Shown here: one piece after another, positions 1-8,123 of the stretch | Layout: the number at the start of each line of letters is the position of its first letter | How positions within the stretch are numbered: position 1 is the stretch's first letter | NCBI GenBank assembly: GCA_963729835.1 | Contig: CAVSQF010000039.1 | Coordinates: forward strand, 295,486-359,485 | Reading direction: 5' to 3' | Source: an uncultured delta proteobacterium | GTDB taxonomy: Bacteria; Desulfobacterota; Binatia; HRBIN30 | Length of the DNA: 64,000 bases | Made by a program: the position numbers and the translations under genes | Notes under the pieces: generated by a model | What the model was told of the DNA's origin: nothing | The model's input: only the letters and a program-made list of their open reading frames with translations | Database searches by the model: none

Positions 1-1116
1 CGCGTCGATGACCCGATTCCCTACCGCGCCGGTGGCGTCGGTCCCGTCGATGGTGACGTCGTCGGCAGCCAACGCCGGCAACGCAGAATCGAGAGTGATG
101 CGCGTCGCGACGCCGTCCGGGAACGCGCTCGGATCAAATTGAATGAGCGCGGGCTTCGGTGCCGAATCCGTAGCCTGGAGCGCAGTCCGGAGGGTGTCGG
201 GTCCCGAACTCACGGTGGTGCGCACGTTCAGCACCGTTGCGAAGGCAGTGAAGCGCACTCGATTCGGGGTGCTGTTGGCGATCAGCAGCGACGGTTGATA
301 CTGGACCTGGCCGGTGCTCGGTGCAGTCACGCTGATGGAGTGCCACCATGAGCCGGGAGCCAGACCGGTGACGTCACCACAAGTGATGATCCCTGTGCCG
401 GCGCATTCCACGTTGATCGCATACGAGGTCGCAAGCGCGCTCGTCGAGCAGTCCGTCGTGGGCCGCTCGCCGCGAAACCCGACGGCGACGGGCGACACCC
501 CGGTCTGGTTGTCGATTTCAAAAACCAGCTCGGCAGCGGCGCTCGGGCACAGCTGCGGAGTGGGGGTCGCCGTGGGCGGCGCAGTCGCAGTCGGCGTGAT
601 CGTCGCCGGCGGGGAAAACGAAGCGGTAGCGGACGGCTCGATTACGGTGGCGGTTGCCGTGCCCGTAGGCGGGGCGGTCGTCGCCGTCAGAGAAGGCGAG
701 GGCGTGACGGACGGCTCGACGTCGGTTGCCGTGGCTGTGGCCGTGGGCGACGTGGTGCCCGTGGGCGACCCGGAAGGCGTGGGCGACGGGGACGCAGTGG
801 GCGTCGGGGAAGACGGAGGCGTTGGCAAAACCGCGGCGACGACATCCGCGGCTGATAATGTCATGTCATCATTGAGGTCGCAGGCTCCCGGTGTGCCTTC
901 GAACACCGCCGTAACCGCCGCTGCAACCGGGCAATCGCTGGCGAGCTGCGCCCGGCATCGGTCTGGCGGGACTGCTCGTGCCGGGACTTGACTAGAGGAC
1001 GACGCATTGGGGGCGCCCACTACCCTTGCCGCCAACGTTTGCGGGCGCCAGAGGAACATGCACCCCACCGTGACAAACCAAAGGAGCCGTGCGTTTGATG
1101 CGGGAAGGAAGCCCAT
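1..1116 (-). CDS. Secreted protein with dockerin-like motif, Pro/Thr linker and probable beta-helix region; runs off the left edge
   Basis: Not in the ORF track because its stop lies outside the window. Manual translation from ATG 1116: MGFLPASNARLLWFVTVGCMFLW (signal-like), then CDLNDDMTLSAADVVAAV (dockerin-like loop), a PT-rich linker, and VRTTVSSGPDTLRTAL (resembles the motif that precedes beta-helix repeats). The + strand ORF 314-991 is its antisense shadow. Confidence 0.7.
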   Translation of the reverse strand, partial: MGFLPASNARLLWFVTVGCMFLWRPQTLAARVVGAPNASSSSQVPARAVPPDRCRAQLASDCPVAAAVTAVFEGTPGACDLNDDMTLSAADVVAAVLPTPPSSPTPTASPSPTPSGSPTGTTSPTATATATDVEPSVTPSPSLTATTAPPTGTATATVIEPSATASFSPPATITPTATAPPTATPTPQLCPSAAAELVFEIDNQTGVSPVAVGFRGERPTTDCSTSALATSYAINVECAGTGIITCGDVTGLAPGSWWHSISVTAPSTGQVQYQPSLLIANSTPNRVRFTAFATVLNVRTTVSSGPDTLRTALQATDSAPKPALIQFDPSAFPDGVATRITLDSALPALAADDVTIDGTDATGAVGNRVIDA

Positions 1117-1139
1117 GCGTCAGGGCTTCCACCATAGAC

Positions 1140-2042
1140 TCAACGGTCTTGTAATTCGAGCAGGTCGGCGCGTCGCAGGATCTCGATGAACTTGACCGCA
1201 GCCGGTGCCAGATGCCGTCCCTTCTTGTGAACGATGCCGAGCGGCCGCAGCAAGGTCTGGTCTGCCAGGTGGACGACCTTCAATGTTCCGTGTTCGAGCT
1301 CGTGCTGAACCGACGCGAGCGGGACAATCGCCATGCCCTGCCCGATCTCGGCGGCGCGTTTGATCGTCTCGATGTTGTCGTACTCACCGGCGTAGCGCAC
1401 AGTCAGATTGTGATCTTTGAAGAACTGGTCCGTGGCCTTGCGGGTCGAGATGTCGCGCTCATAGCCGACGAACACCTCCCCATCGAGGCACTCTGGCGAA
1501 ACCTTCTGCAACGCCGCAAAGACATGCTTGGGCGAGCAGACGATGACTAACTCGTCCTCGCGGAACGGGAGTACGTTGATCTGTGGATGCTTCGCAGGAT
1601 AGGCAACGATCCCCAAGTCCGTGCGCCCGGCGATCACGTCATCGTAGATTTTGTTCGGGCGCGCATACTCGACGTGGATGTTCACCTGCGGAAACTCGCG
1701 CAAGTACTCTTTCATGTAGGGCGGCAGTTCGTGCAGGCCGACGCTGTAGACGATCGCGACCCGCAACGAGCCGCTGACTACGTTTGCGGCATCCTGCAGC
1801 TGCGTGTCGATTTCGTGATACTTTTCCAAGATTTCCCGGCTGGCGCGATAGAGGATTTCCCCAGCCGGAGTGACCTTGGCGCCAGAGCGCCCGCGCTCGA
1901 GTAGCTTGCAATGGTATTTTGATTCGAGCGTGCGCAGCTGCTGGCTGACAGCGGACTGCGTAATGAAATTCTGCGAAGCCGCCGCCGAAAAACTGCCGGT
2001 TTCTACAACATCACAAAATACCTTGAGTGTCTCGATATGCAC
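1140..2042 (-). CDS. LysR family transcriptional regulator
   Basis: N-terminal HTH LKVFCDVVETGSFSAAASQNFITQSAVSQQLRTLE; 300 aa with LysR substrate-binding domain. Confidence 0.95.
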   Translation of the reverse strand: MHIETLKVFCDVVETGSFSAAASQNFITQSAVSQQLRTLESKYHCKLLERGRSGAKVTPAGEILYRASREILEKYHEIDTQLQDAANVVSGSLRVAIVYSVGLHELPPYMKEYLREFPQVNIHVEYARPNKIYDDVIAGRTDLGIVAYPAKHPQINVLPFREDELVIVCSPKHVFAALQKVSPECLDGEVFVGYERDISTRKATDQFFKDHNLTVRYAGEYDNIETIKRAAEIGQGMAIVPLASVQHELEHGTLKVVHLADQTLLRPLGIVHKKGRHLAPAAVKFIEILRRADLLELQDR

Positions 2043-2183
2043 GCGAGACTAGTTAGCAAAACTGATTGCAAAGTCAAGGCATCCGAATGCATTCTAATGT
2101 TGGTCTTCGAGGGGGGAGGCGTTTGGGAGGTGCCGTAGCCGCCGCATCCTTCTCCGCCCTGGCGGGCTAGTATTCTCTCCGGC

Positions 2184-2516
2184 TCAGTGATGCGGCACGC
2201 AACAGATGAACCGTAGGCCGTCGAGGCCGGCAACGAACTGATGTTCCTCGTGGGGCGCGAGGAACACGGAGTCTCCGGCGTGCAATGTGCGCTCACCATC
2301 CTTGCCGCGCACCATGCCGGTGCCGCCGAGAATGTACACTTCGTGTTCCCACTCGTGGGCATGGTAGGGCGTGTGGCCGTCGGGATCGAGCCGGAACACG
2401 CGCATGGCAAAGTGCGGCGCGCCCTCTCTCTCGGTGATCAGCGGGCGCATTTCCACGCCCTTCGCTTCGCCGCCATACGCAACCGGTTCGACTTGTTCCT
2501 GGTTCCGGACCAGCAT
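2184..2516 (-). CDS. Cupin domain protein
   Basis: Cupin motifs GHTPYHAHEWEHEVYILGG and GDSVFLAPHEEHQF. Confidence 0.9.
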   Translation of the reverse strand: MLVRNQEQVEPVAYGGEAKGVEMRPLITEREGAPHFAMRVFRLDPDGHTPYHAHEWEHEVYILGGTGMVRGKDGERTLHAGDSVFLAPHEEHQFVAGLDGLRFICCVPHH

Positions 2517-2760
2517 TGGTTACACCTCCGTGCGTGAACGATGATGAAACTATACCATACGGTACGGGTGGACACAGGTGTGCGACCAATGCGCGAGTCT
2601 TCTCGTTTCAGATCAACGCCCTCACCCAGATTTCCGCGCGCAACTTGCTTTTTCGCAGTGACCACATTTGTTGTCGCACGCCCGTAGACACAGCGGCGCG
2701 CCGCCGCTACTTTCCCGAGCCGGCGAATCATGCCATGGTACAGGGCCTCGATTCTGACGA

Positions 2761-2833
2761 GAGCCGTTAGCTCAGGCGGCAGAGCATCTGCCTTTTAAGC
2801 AGAGGGTCGCTGGTTCGAATCCAGCACGGCTCA
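2761..2833 (+). tRNA. tRNA-Lys (anticodon TTT)
   Basis: Acceptor stem GAGCCGT/ACGGCTC, D arm TAGCTCAG, anticodon arm TCTGC-CTTTTAA-GCAGA, T loop GGTTCGAATCC; no encoded CCA. Confidence 0.95.
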
Positions 2834-3996
2834 CTTTTTCCCCCTGGAATTTCAATCACTTCGGCACTACCACTTGCAGCGACCTTCGCGGGCGCCTCGC
2901 TGGTGTCAGTAGTGGTGTCAGTTGGCGCCTCTGTTTTGGGTCGGTTGAGCTTCTGTACGGCGTCGAGCTTGTGCGCCGGCGACAGGTGCGCATAGCGCAG
3001 GGTCATGGCCAGCGTCTTGTGGCCCATGAGTTCCTGAATCGTCCTGATGTCCGCCCCTGCCATGGCCAGCCGGCTGGCAAACGTGTGGCGCAGGTCATGC
3101 CAGCGGAAGTCTGTGATTCCCGCACTCTTGATTGCCGGCGAGAAGACCCGGTGCATGTAGTTCTTGGCGTCCAGGTGGGTGCTGCCTGTTTCACTGGGGA
3201 AGACCCACTCGGAGCGCAGGCGGCTCGGGAGCGCGGCGAGCAAGGCTCGCAGGTCGTCGTTCATCGGGATGGTGTAGTCCTCACCGGACTTGGACTTGCA
3301 TGCGCGAACGGTGCCCGTGTCAAAGTTCACGTCAGCCCACTTGAGCCGAAACTGATTGCCCTGGCGAAACCCGGTCAGAAACGCGAAAGCGACCTTCGGC
3401 CATTCCGTCTCACCGATCGCCTTGCGCAGTTTCGTTTCTTCGTCGTCGGTGAGGTAGCGGATGCGCTGATTGTTCTCCTTCACGAAGAGCTTGCTCAGAA
3501 CGGGGTTGGTGTCTGCCATACCGTCTTCGATCGCGACGTTGAAAACGCACCGGAGGAACGTGAGTTCCCGGTTCACACTTGCATCCGAGAGCTGTTTGCC
3601 GCGTAAGCGTGCGGCGCACCGCTCGACATCGCCGGGGAGGATGGCCCGCAGCGTTCGCTCACCAAGCGCCGTCTTCCAGTTACGCCCGTACCGCGCCCAG
3701 TTGACGAAGTTCTTCATCCGCCCTTTCTTGCGCGCCAGATAGTCGTCAATCATGTCCGCAAGCAGGACCTCCTTGCGGCGGATGCGCTCCGGGAAGAATC
3801 GCCGCTCTTGAATCTCGTTCTTGCGCTTCTGGTAGACCTTGAGCGCGAGCGCTTTCGGTCCGATCTTCTCCCGATGCTTGCGGCCGTTCTCGTCGAAGTA
3901 GCAGACCCACCAGATAGCTGAACCCGCCGGCCGCTCGAAAACGCCGCGCGTGTGCCGTTTAGCGCTTTGCTTGGGGCTTTCTTCGTTGTCGTTCAT
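2767..3996 (-). CDS. int: Tyrosine recombinase/phage integrase whose C-terminus runs through attL into the tRNA gene
   Basis: Catalytic set intact: TGFRQGN (R), KSG (K), WHDLRH (HxxR), LMGHK (H), TLRYAH (Y). N-terminal arm-binding-like WWVCYFDENGRKHREK. Probable start ATG 3996; stop TAA at 2767-2769 lies antisense inside the tRNA. Confidence 0.95.
   Translation of the reverse strand: MNDNEESPKQSAKRHTRGVFERPAGSAIWWVCYFDENGRKHREKIGPKALALKVYQKRKNEIQERRFFPERIRRKEVLLADMIDDYLARKKGRMKNFVNWARYGRNWKTALGERTLRAILPGDVERCAARLRGKQLSDASVNRELTFLRCVFNVAIEDGMADTNPVLSKLFVKENNQRIRYLTDDEETKLRKAIGETEWPKVAFAFLTGFRQGNQFRLKWADVNFDTGTVRACKSKSGEDYTIPMNDDLRALLAALPSRLRSEWVFPSETGSTHLDAKNYMHRVFSPAIKSAGITDFRWHDLRHTFASRLAMAGADIRTIQELMGHKTLAMTLRYAHLSPAHKLDAVQKLNRPKTEAPTDTTTDTSEAPAKVAASGSAEVIEIPGGKSEPCWIRTSDPLLKRQMLCRLS
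2792..2837 (+). repeat. attL core (46 bp, tRNA-Lys 3' half)
   Basis: CTTTTAAGCAGAGGGTCGCTGGTTCGAATCCAGCACGGCTCACTTT; identical to 11825-11870 and one mismatch from 15078-15123. Confidence 0.95.
2902..2927 (+). promoter_or_regulatory. Putative integrase arm-type binding sites (left arm)
   Basis: GGTGTCAGTAGTGGTGTCAGTTGGCG (two GGTGTCAGT units); exact 26-bp copy at 11686-11711 near attR. Confidence 0.75.
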
Positions 3997-4186
3997 GTCC
4001 GCTCTCCTCGAACAGCTCACACACCGGCACGCCCAGGGCCTTGGCGATCGCCGCGAGCGTTGCTCCCCGAACGTCCGTGCTCTTCCGTTCCGCGCGGGCA
4101 ATCGCCATGCGATGAATGCCGCTCAGCTCGGCAACCTCGGTGAGGCTCATCCCGCGCGCCTTCCGGGCTCGCTTGATGCTTTCCAT
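3959..4186 (-). CDS. XRE family HTH transcriptional regulator
   Basis: MESIKRARKARGMSLTEVAELSGIHRMAIARAERKSTDVRGATLAAIAKALGV; directly upstream of and overlapping int. Confidence 0.9.
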   Translation of the reverse strand: MESIKRARKARGMSLTEVAELSGIHRMAIARAERKSTDVRGATLAAIAKALGVPVCELFEESGHERQRRKPQAKR

Positions 4187-4198
4187 GTCACAAAGCTT

Positions 4199-4225
4199 AG
4201 TAACGCATGCACTACTGATTGTCAA
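4199..4225 (-). promoter_or_regulatory. Putative xre-int promoter with an operator palindrome
   Basis: Minus-strand TTGACA (4220-4225), 17 bp spacer, then TACTAA. Imperfect palindrome AGTA-nn-GCATGC-nn-TACT (4199-4216) overlaps the spacer and -10. Confidence 0.5.
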
Positions 4226-4292
4226 GCTTGGCACCGTGTGCCTTGCACCGTGTGACGCCGAGCGCCTAGAATGCCGCGTGAAGGTGAGCGGC

Positions 4293-4517
4293 ATGCAGAT
4301 CGGCATCGAGTTTCGTCTTCCGGCGCGGATTCGGAAGAAAGGCAAGTGGTACGTCTCATCGTGTCAGCCGCTCGATGTCCATTCCCAAGGTCACACCAAG
4401 GCAGAGGCCCGCCGGAATCTCGCTGATGCGCTGGTGTTCTTTTTGGAAAGCTGCGTTCGTCGGCAAACGCTCGGGGATGTTTTGCCCACGTCGGGATTTT
4501 GTGTGAATGCCCATTGA
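4293..4517 (+). CDS. HicB-like antitoxin domain protein
   Basis: KKGKWYVSSCQPLDVHSQGHTKAEARRNLADALVFFLESC fits the HicB partial RNase H fold signature (SQGxTxxEAxxNLxxA). Confidence 0.8.
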   Translation: MQIGIEFRLPARIRKKGKWYVSSCQPLDVHSQGHTKAEARRNLADALVFFLESCVRRQTLGDVLPTSGFCVNAH

Positions 4518-4827
4518 CCGCACGCTGCTCGAAAGAGCCTATCGCCGGCCGCAAGAGTAAGAAGCGATCCCTGCTATACCGCCGTACTCGTACCGCGTAT
4601 TCTGGTCGCCCGAAGACCGCGAGTTTGTCGCGACGTGCGTCGACGTTCCAGGCTTGTCCGGTCTGGCGCCGACTGAAGCCGGGGCGATCGACGAGTTGAA
4701 GGTGGCCATTGGCGGGTGGCTGGAACACCTCTCCGAGCAAGGGACACAGTGGCCTGAGCCGAACCCCACTGCGTTCACGGACGCCGACACGGTCACGCAT
4801 CCTACCGCCGAAGCCCGTCACGGCTGA
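4507..4827 (+). pseudogene. Second HicB-like antitoxin, interrupted by an in-frame TAA at 4558-4560
   Basis: Not in the ORF track. Manual translation after the stop: PPYSYRVFWSPEDREFVATCVDVPGLSGLAPTEAGAIDELKVAIGGWLEHLSEQGTQWPEP, a typical HicB pattern. The only in-frame ATG (4507) precedes the stop. Confidence 0.75.
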
Positions 4828-5033
4828 CCCGGGCCCGCCACGGACCGCAGCGCCGGCCGTTCCGAGTCGGCAATCAGCTTCTCAATCGTGCTGAGCTTGA
4901 AGCGCAGCGCGCGGCCAAAGAGCTTCACCACGGGGATGCGCCGCTCATAGGCCCACTGGTAGAGCGTGCACGGCCTGAGCCCGAGCATCCCCGCTGCTTC
5001 GTTCACGTCGAGCAGGCGTTCTTCCATGCTCAT
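4818..5033 (-). CDS. Excisionase-like (MerR-type HTH) DNA-binding protein
   Basis: LLDVNEAAGMLGLRPCTLYQWAYERRIPVVKLFGRALRF. Confidence 0.85.
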   Translation of the reverse strand: MSMEERLLDVNEAAGMLGLRPCTLYQWAYERRIPVVKLFGRALRFKLSTIEKLIADSERPALRSVAGPGQP

Positions 5034-5058
5034 TGGCGAGTGCCTTTGCGCTTGGCGT

Positions 5059-5418
5059 TCATGCGGCCTCTGGCCCCGGTTCGGTGTCAGGTGCGGTCTT
5101 GGTATGCACTGGCGCCCGTTCGGTGCTCAAACTCGCGTCTACACGGGCTCTACGGCGCAAAAACGCCGGGTTCTGACGGGTGCCCGGCTTGCGGTTGAGC
5201 CCCCACCGGAAATTCGCCAACGGCATGCGGTACTCGCGGCCGTGCAGCTCGCCCGTCCGGCGCCGGCTCTCGCACACCGGCTTGAGTCCCAGCTTGAGCA
5301 GCCGCCGCAGCACCACCGGACTGGCTGACCAAAGGACAACGGTCTTGTCCTCTTCGTCCCAGCGGATCACGGTTTCCCGCTCGGCGGCCGTCAGGCCCTT
5401 CGGCAACTCAACGGTCAT
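5059..5418 (-). CDS. Hypothetical mobile-element protein
   Basis: Overlaps the upstream replication gene by 4 bp; LTAAERETVIRWDEEDKTVVLWSAS resembles small phage/ICE proteins. Confidence 0.6.
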   Translation of the reverse strand: MTVELPKGLTAAERETVIRWDEEDKTVVLWSASPVVLRRLLKLGLKPVCESRRRTGELHGREYRMPLANFRWGLNRKPGTRQNPAFLRRRARVDASLSTERAPVHTKTAPDTEPGPEAA

Positions 5419-6596
5419 GCAGCACTCTCAGTCATCGCGCCACGCAATGTGCGCAACGCGATCAGACACGCTGCGAGTTTGCGCGCGTTCTCGTTCTGCA
5501 CCGTGACGAGAAGCCACGTCACGACATGCGGAAGCGGATCACTCATCACGAGCCGCGCCCCGCGCCGACGGCGACACAGGGAGTCGATGACGTCAGCAAA
5601 CCGTTCGCGATCGTGTGCGTGTTCGCGCTGTTGTCTCTGCATTCGATCGAACGTCAGCACTGGCTCCTGCCCACTTTTTCGCCAGCCGGCTGGTTCACGC
5701 ACGACGTAATCCTTGAGCTTGCCGTTGAGCAGGCGCGTCACTGCACTGCGATCGCAGCCAAGCTGCCGTGCCAGGCCCGCGGCGGTCACCGCGCGGTCTG
5801 TTGCCAGTACCCGCCAGACCCTGCGTGCGGTGAGCCCGAGTCCACCTCGACGCCACGCATCAGCTGTCACCGTGTTGCAAGACGACACATTAAAACTCAC
5901 CTCGGGTGAGGACCTGATGTTGCAAACTTGCTCATTAAGGCTCGCTAGAGGGGCTTCATTAGTGTGTCGATTTTGCAACACGGACATGGGACGCCTGAGA
6001 TGCCAGAGACTGGACTTCGTTTTCAGTTCGTTGCCTGACTTGATGATGTTGTAGCTGCCGCGCCGCAGTGGCTTGAGCCAGCCGCGGCGACGCAGGCGTG
6101 CGGCTGCGCTAGCGACCGTGCGAAAACTCTCGATTCCTGCCCGCTCGGCGACCTGCCGGAGTGATGCTTCGAATTCGACGCGCCCGCACAGAAAGGCAAC
6201 GCTGTAGAGCCCGTGCAGGACTGCGAGGTCTGTACTCGCAGACCGCCCGCGCCACGGCACGCTGAGAGATAGCTCGTAGAGCTGATTGATGTGTGCCCGG
6301 CAGCCGTCGAAAATCTCCCGACTCGCGGCACCCGCGCCGTTCCCGGCGGGCTTGCGTGCGATGTTCTTGACGATGCGCTCGACATCTCTCGACGGCAGCG
6401 GCGGTACACAGCACGTTCTGTTGATCTCATGCAGAACCGCGCCCAGGGTGGCCGCGTCGTGACCTTCCCAGCGCAAGCGACCAGCGACTTTGACAAGCGT
6501 CACGTGTCGCAGCGCCGCGATCGGACTTTCAGCGTCGCGAAAGCGCGTGATGAGTGCGGCGATATCACTGCGAGTCGCGCTCATCGCCACCACCAC
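5415..6596 (-). CDS. Replication protein with primase C-terminal (PriCT-1-like) domain and C-terminal HTH
   Basis: LHEINRTCCVPPLPSRDVERIVKNIAR (PriCT-like); LRQVAERAGI and AGLARQLGCDRSAVTRLL HTH-like segments; follows alpA as in PICI-like elements. Confidence 0.65.
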   Translation of the reverse strand: MVVAMSATRSDIAALITRFRDAESPIAALRHVTLVKVAGRLRWEGHDAATLGAVLHEINRTCCVPPLPSRDVERIVKNIARKPAGNGAGAASREIFDGCRAHINQLYELSLSVPWRGRSASTDLAVLHGLYSVAFLCGRVEFEASLRQVAERAGIESFRTVASAAARLRRRGWLKPLRRGSYNIIKSGNELKTKSSLWHLRRPMSVLQNRHTNEAPLASLNEQVCNIRSSPEVSFNVSSCNTVTADAWRRGGLGLTARRVWRVLATDRAVTAAGLARQLGCDRSAVTRLLNGKLKDYVVREPAGWRKSGQEPVLTFDRMQRQQREHAHDRERFADVIDSLCRRRRGARLVMSDPLPHVVTWLLVTVQNENARKLAACLIALRTLRGAMTESAA

Positions 6597-6756
6597 CCCT
6601 CATCCACGCCTCGATGTCTGCCGCGCTCCACCGCACCGCGCGAGCTGACACCCGCCGCCGTGCGGGAAAGCGCCCAGCGCGTTCGAGCCGGTCGATTGTG
6701 CCGCGAGAAATTCCTGTCCGCTCTTCGACTTGTCGAAGGTTCAGTAAAGTGTCCAT
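6565..6756 (-). CDS. alpA: AlpA family phage regulatory protein
   Basis: MDTLLNLRQVEERTGISRGTIDRLERAGRFPARRRVSARAVRWSAADIEAWM. Confidence 0.9.
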   Translation of the reverse strand: MDTLLNLRQVEERTGISRGTIDRLERAGRFPARRRVSARAVRWSAADIEAWMRGGGGDERDSQ

Positions 6757-6803
6757 GCGCGCGTAGTTTGGCACACGCGCATGAGCAGTAGCCGGCTTAC
6801 TGC

Positions 6804-7505
6804 TCAGCCTTCCCAGGGTTTTCTTGCCGCCTTCAGATAGCCGCGGAAGGTGTCGTAGGTGATGCTGCGCTCACGGCCGGTACGGTCCTCCACCTCAACG
6901 AGTTTGTTACCGTCCCGGTAGATTTCAAACGTGTGACCATTCACGTGAATGGCCATGGGTCGGTCCTTGGGCTGCTTCAGCTCAGGGATTGATTTCCAGG
7001 CTTCGGCGACGGTGAGCGTCGGACTGGCCTTCACCAGATCGCACACCCGCTGCCAGATACCTGGCAAGCGCTTTGGGGCGCGTCCACCTTTGCTCGGGAA
7101 CTCCAGTTCTCGTTGCTCCAATCGCCTACGCACGTGGGCATCGCTCTCAAGCTGAAGTTCCAGGTATTTGCGCAGTCGTCGCGCACCCGGCGTTCTGTCA
7201 TGTGACAACTTCTCAACGTGTTCGGCGATCTGTCGTTTCAGTTCGGTGATCTTCTGACGTGGGTCGGGCTGCAGGGGGACTTCTGCAGCATCGATGACAC
7301 TCCGTATGTAGCGGCGCGAGCGCCGCGCCTCGGTTGACGTGTCACCTTCCAGTTCGTTGAGTCGGTCCACCAACCTGCGGCGCTGCTCGGGATCTCTTGC
7401 CCTGTCAATGTCCGCGTGAAACTCGTCCCAGGCCCCTTGAAGGTCAGCCCATGCCTCCTCCGTTGGCGTGTTGTGCCAAACCTCTATCGGGTGCCGATCG
7501 GACAT
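6804..7505 (-). CDS. Hypothetical protein (coiled-coil, basic C-terminus)
   Basis: 233-aa ORF with GGAGG RBS before ATG 7505, protein-like composition, co-oriented with alpA. Confidence 0.7.
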   Translation of the reverse strand: MSDRHPIEVWHNTPTEEAWADLQGAWDEFHADIDRARDPEQRRRLVDRLNELEGDTSTEARRSRRYIRSVIDAAEVPLQPDPRQKITELKRQIAEHVEKLSHDRTPGARRLRKYLELQLESDAHVRRRLEQRELEFPSKGGRAPKRLPGIWQRVCDLVKASPTLTVAEAWKSIPELKQPKDRPMAIHVNGHTFEIYRDGNKLVEVEDRTGRERSITYDTFRGYLKAARKPWEG

Positions 7506-7791
7506 TGCACCTCCACGAAGTGCCCACGGGAAGGAAAGCGCCGCGGCGGCCCGCCGTGGAAACGGGTGTTCGGTGATCGGCCTAGCTGCGGTGCATGTCG
7601 GCGCTCACGCTACCGCAACGCGGCCACTCAACGCAAACCACGCGCCGCGTTGATTGAGCGATCGTTTAGCACATCACCCCTGCGCATGTCGCGCTCGCAA
7701 GAAACATCCCATCCGCAAATTGGGCTCACAAAGCCACCACCTACGGCACGGGCGGAGACTGTCGATGCTGGCCCAGTTCGCGGCGCCCACT

Positions 7792-8010
7792 TCACGGACT
7801 AAATGCCGTGCACATTCCGGTGCTTCCGTTACACGAGGCATTCCAGATCACTGTGCAGCCCACTGCACAAGCCCCGTTGCGGACCGGGCCGCACGCTGAA
7901 GTGGTGCACTGGCAACAGTCGTTCGCCCTGGGGGCTGAGTCGGTGTGGCTGTCGGCGTAGGGGATGGAGTCGGGGTCTCTGTCGGGGTCACCGTTGGTGA
8001 GAAACGGGTA
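7792..8010 (-). pseudogene. Fragment of a PT-linker plus Cys-rich surface protein
   Basis: One frame gives [24 protein letters not shown], and a shifted frame continues ANDCCQCTTSACGPVRNGACAVGCTVIWNASCNGSTGMC; no credible N-terminus. Confidence 0.55.
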
Positions 8011-8123
8011 TGCTTGGACGATAGCACTATCAATCCGCTGACAGATCACCTGGTACGCATCCTCTTTGCCGGTCCGCTTGCCGTAAAGTTTTCGGCTTCG
8101 TAAGCGGAGCATTGATGCCGCAG

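Noticed and set aside
314-991. 225-aa Val/Gly/Ala-rich + strand ORF, and similar ORFs at 13504, 23311, 27194 and 58610
   Set aside because: Antisense shadows of Pro/Thr linkers on the opposite strand
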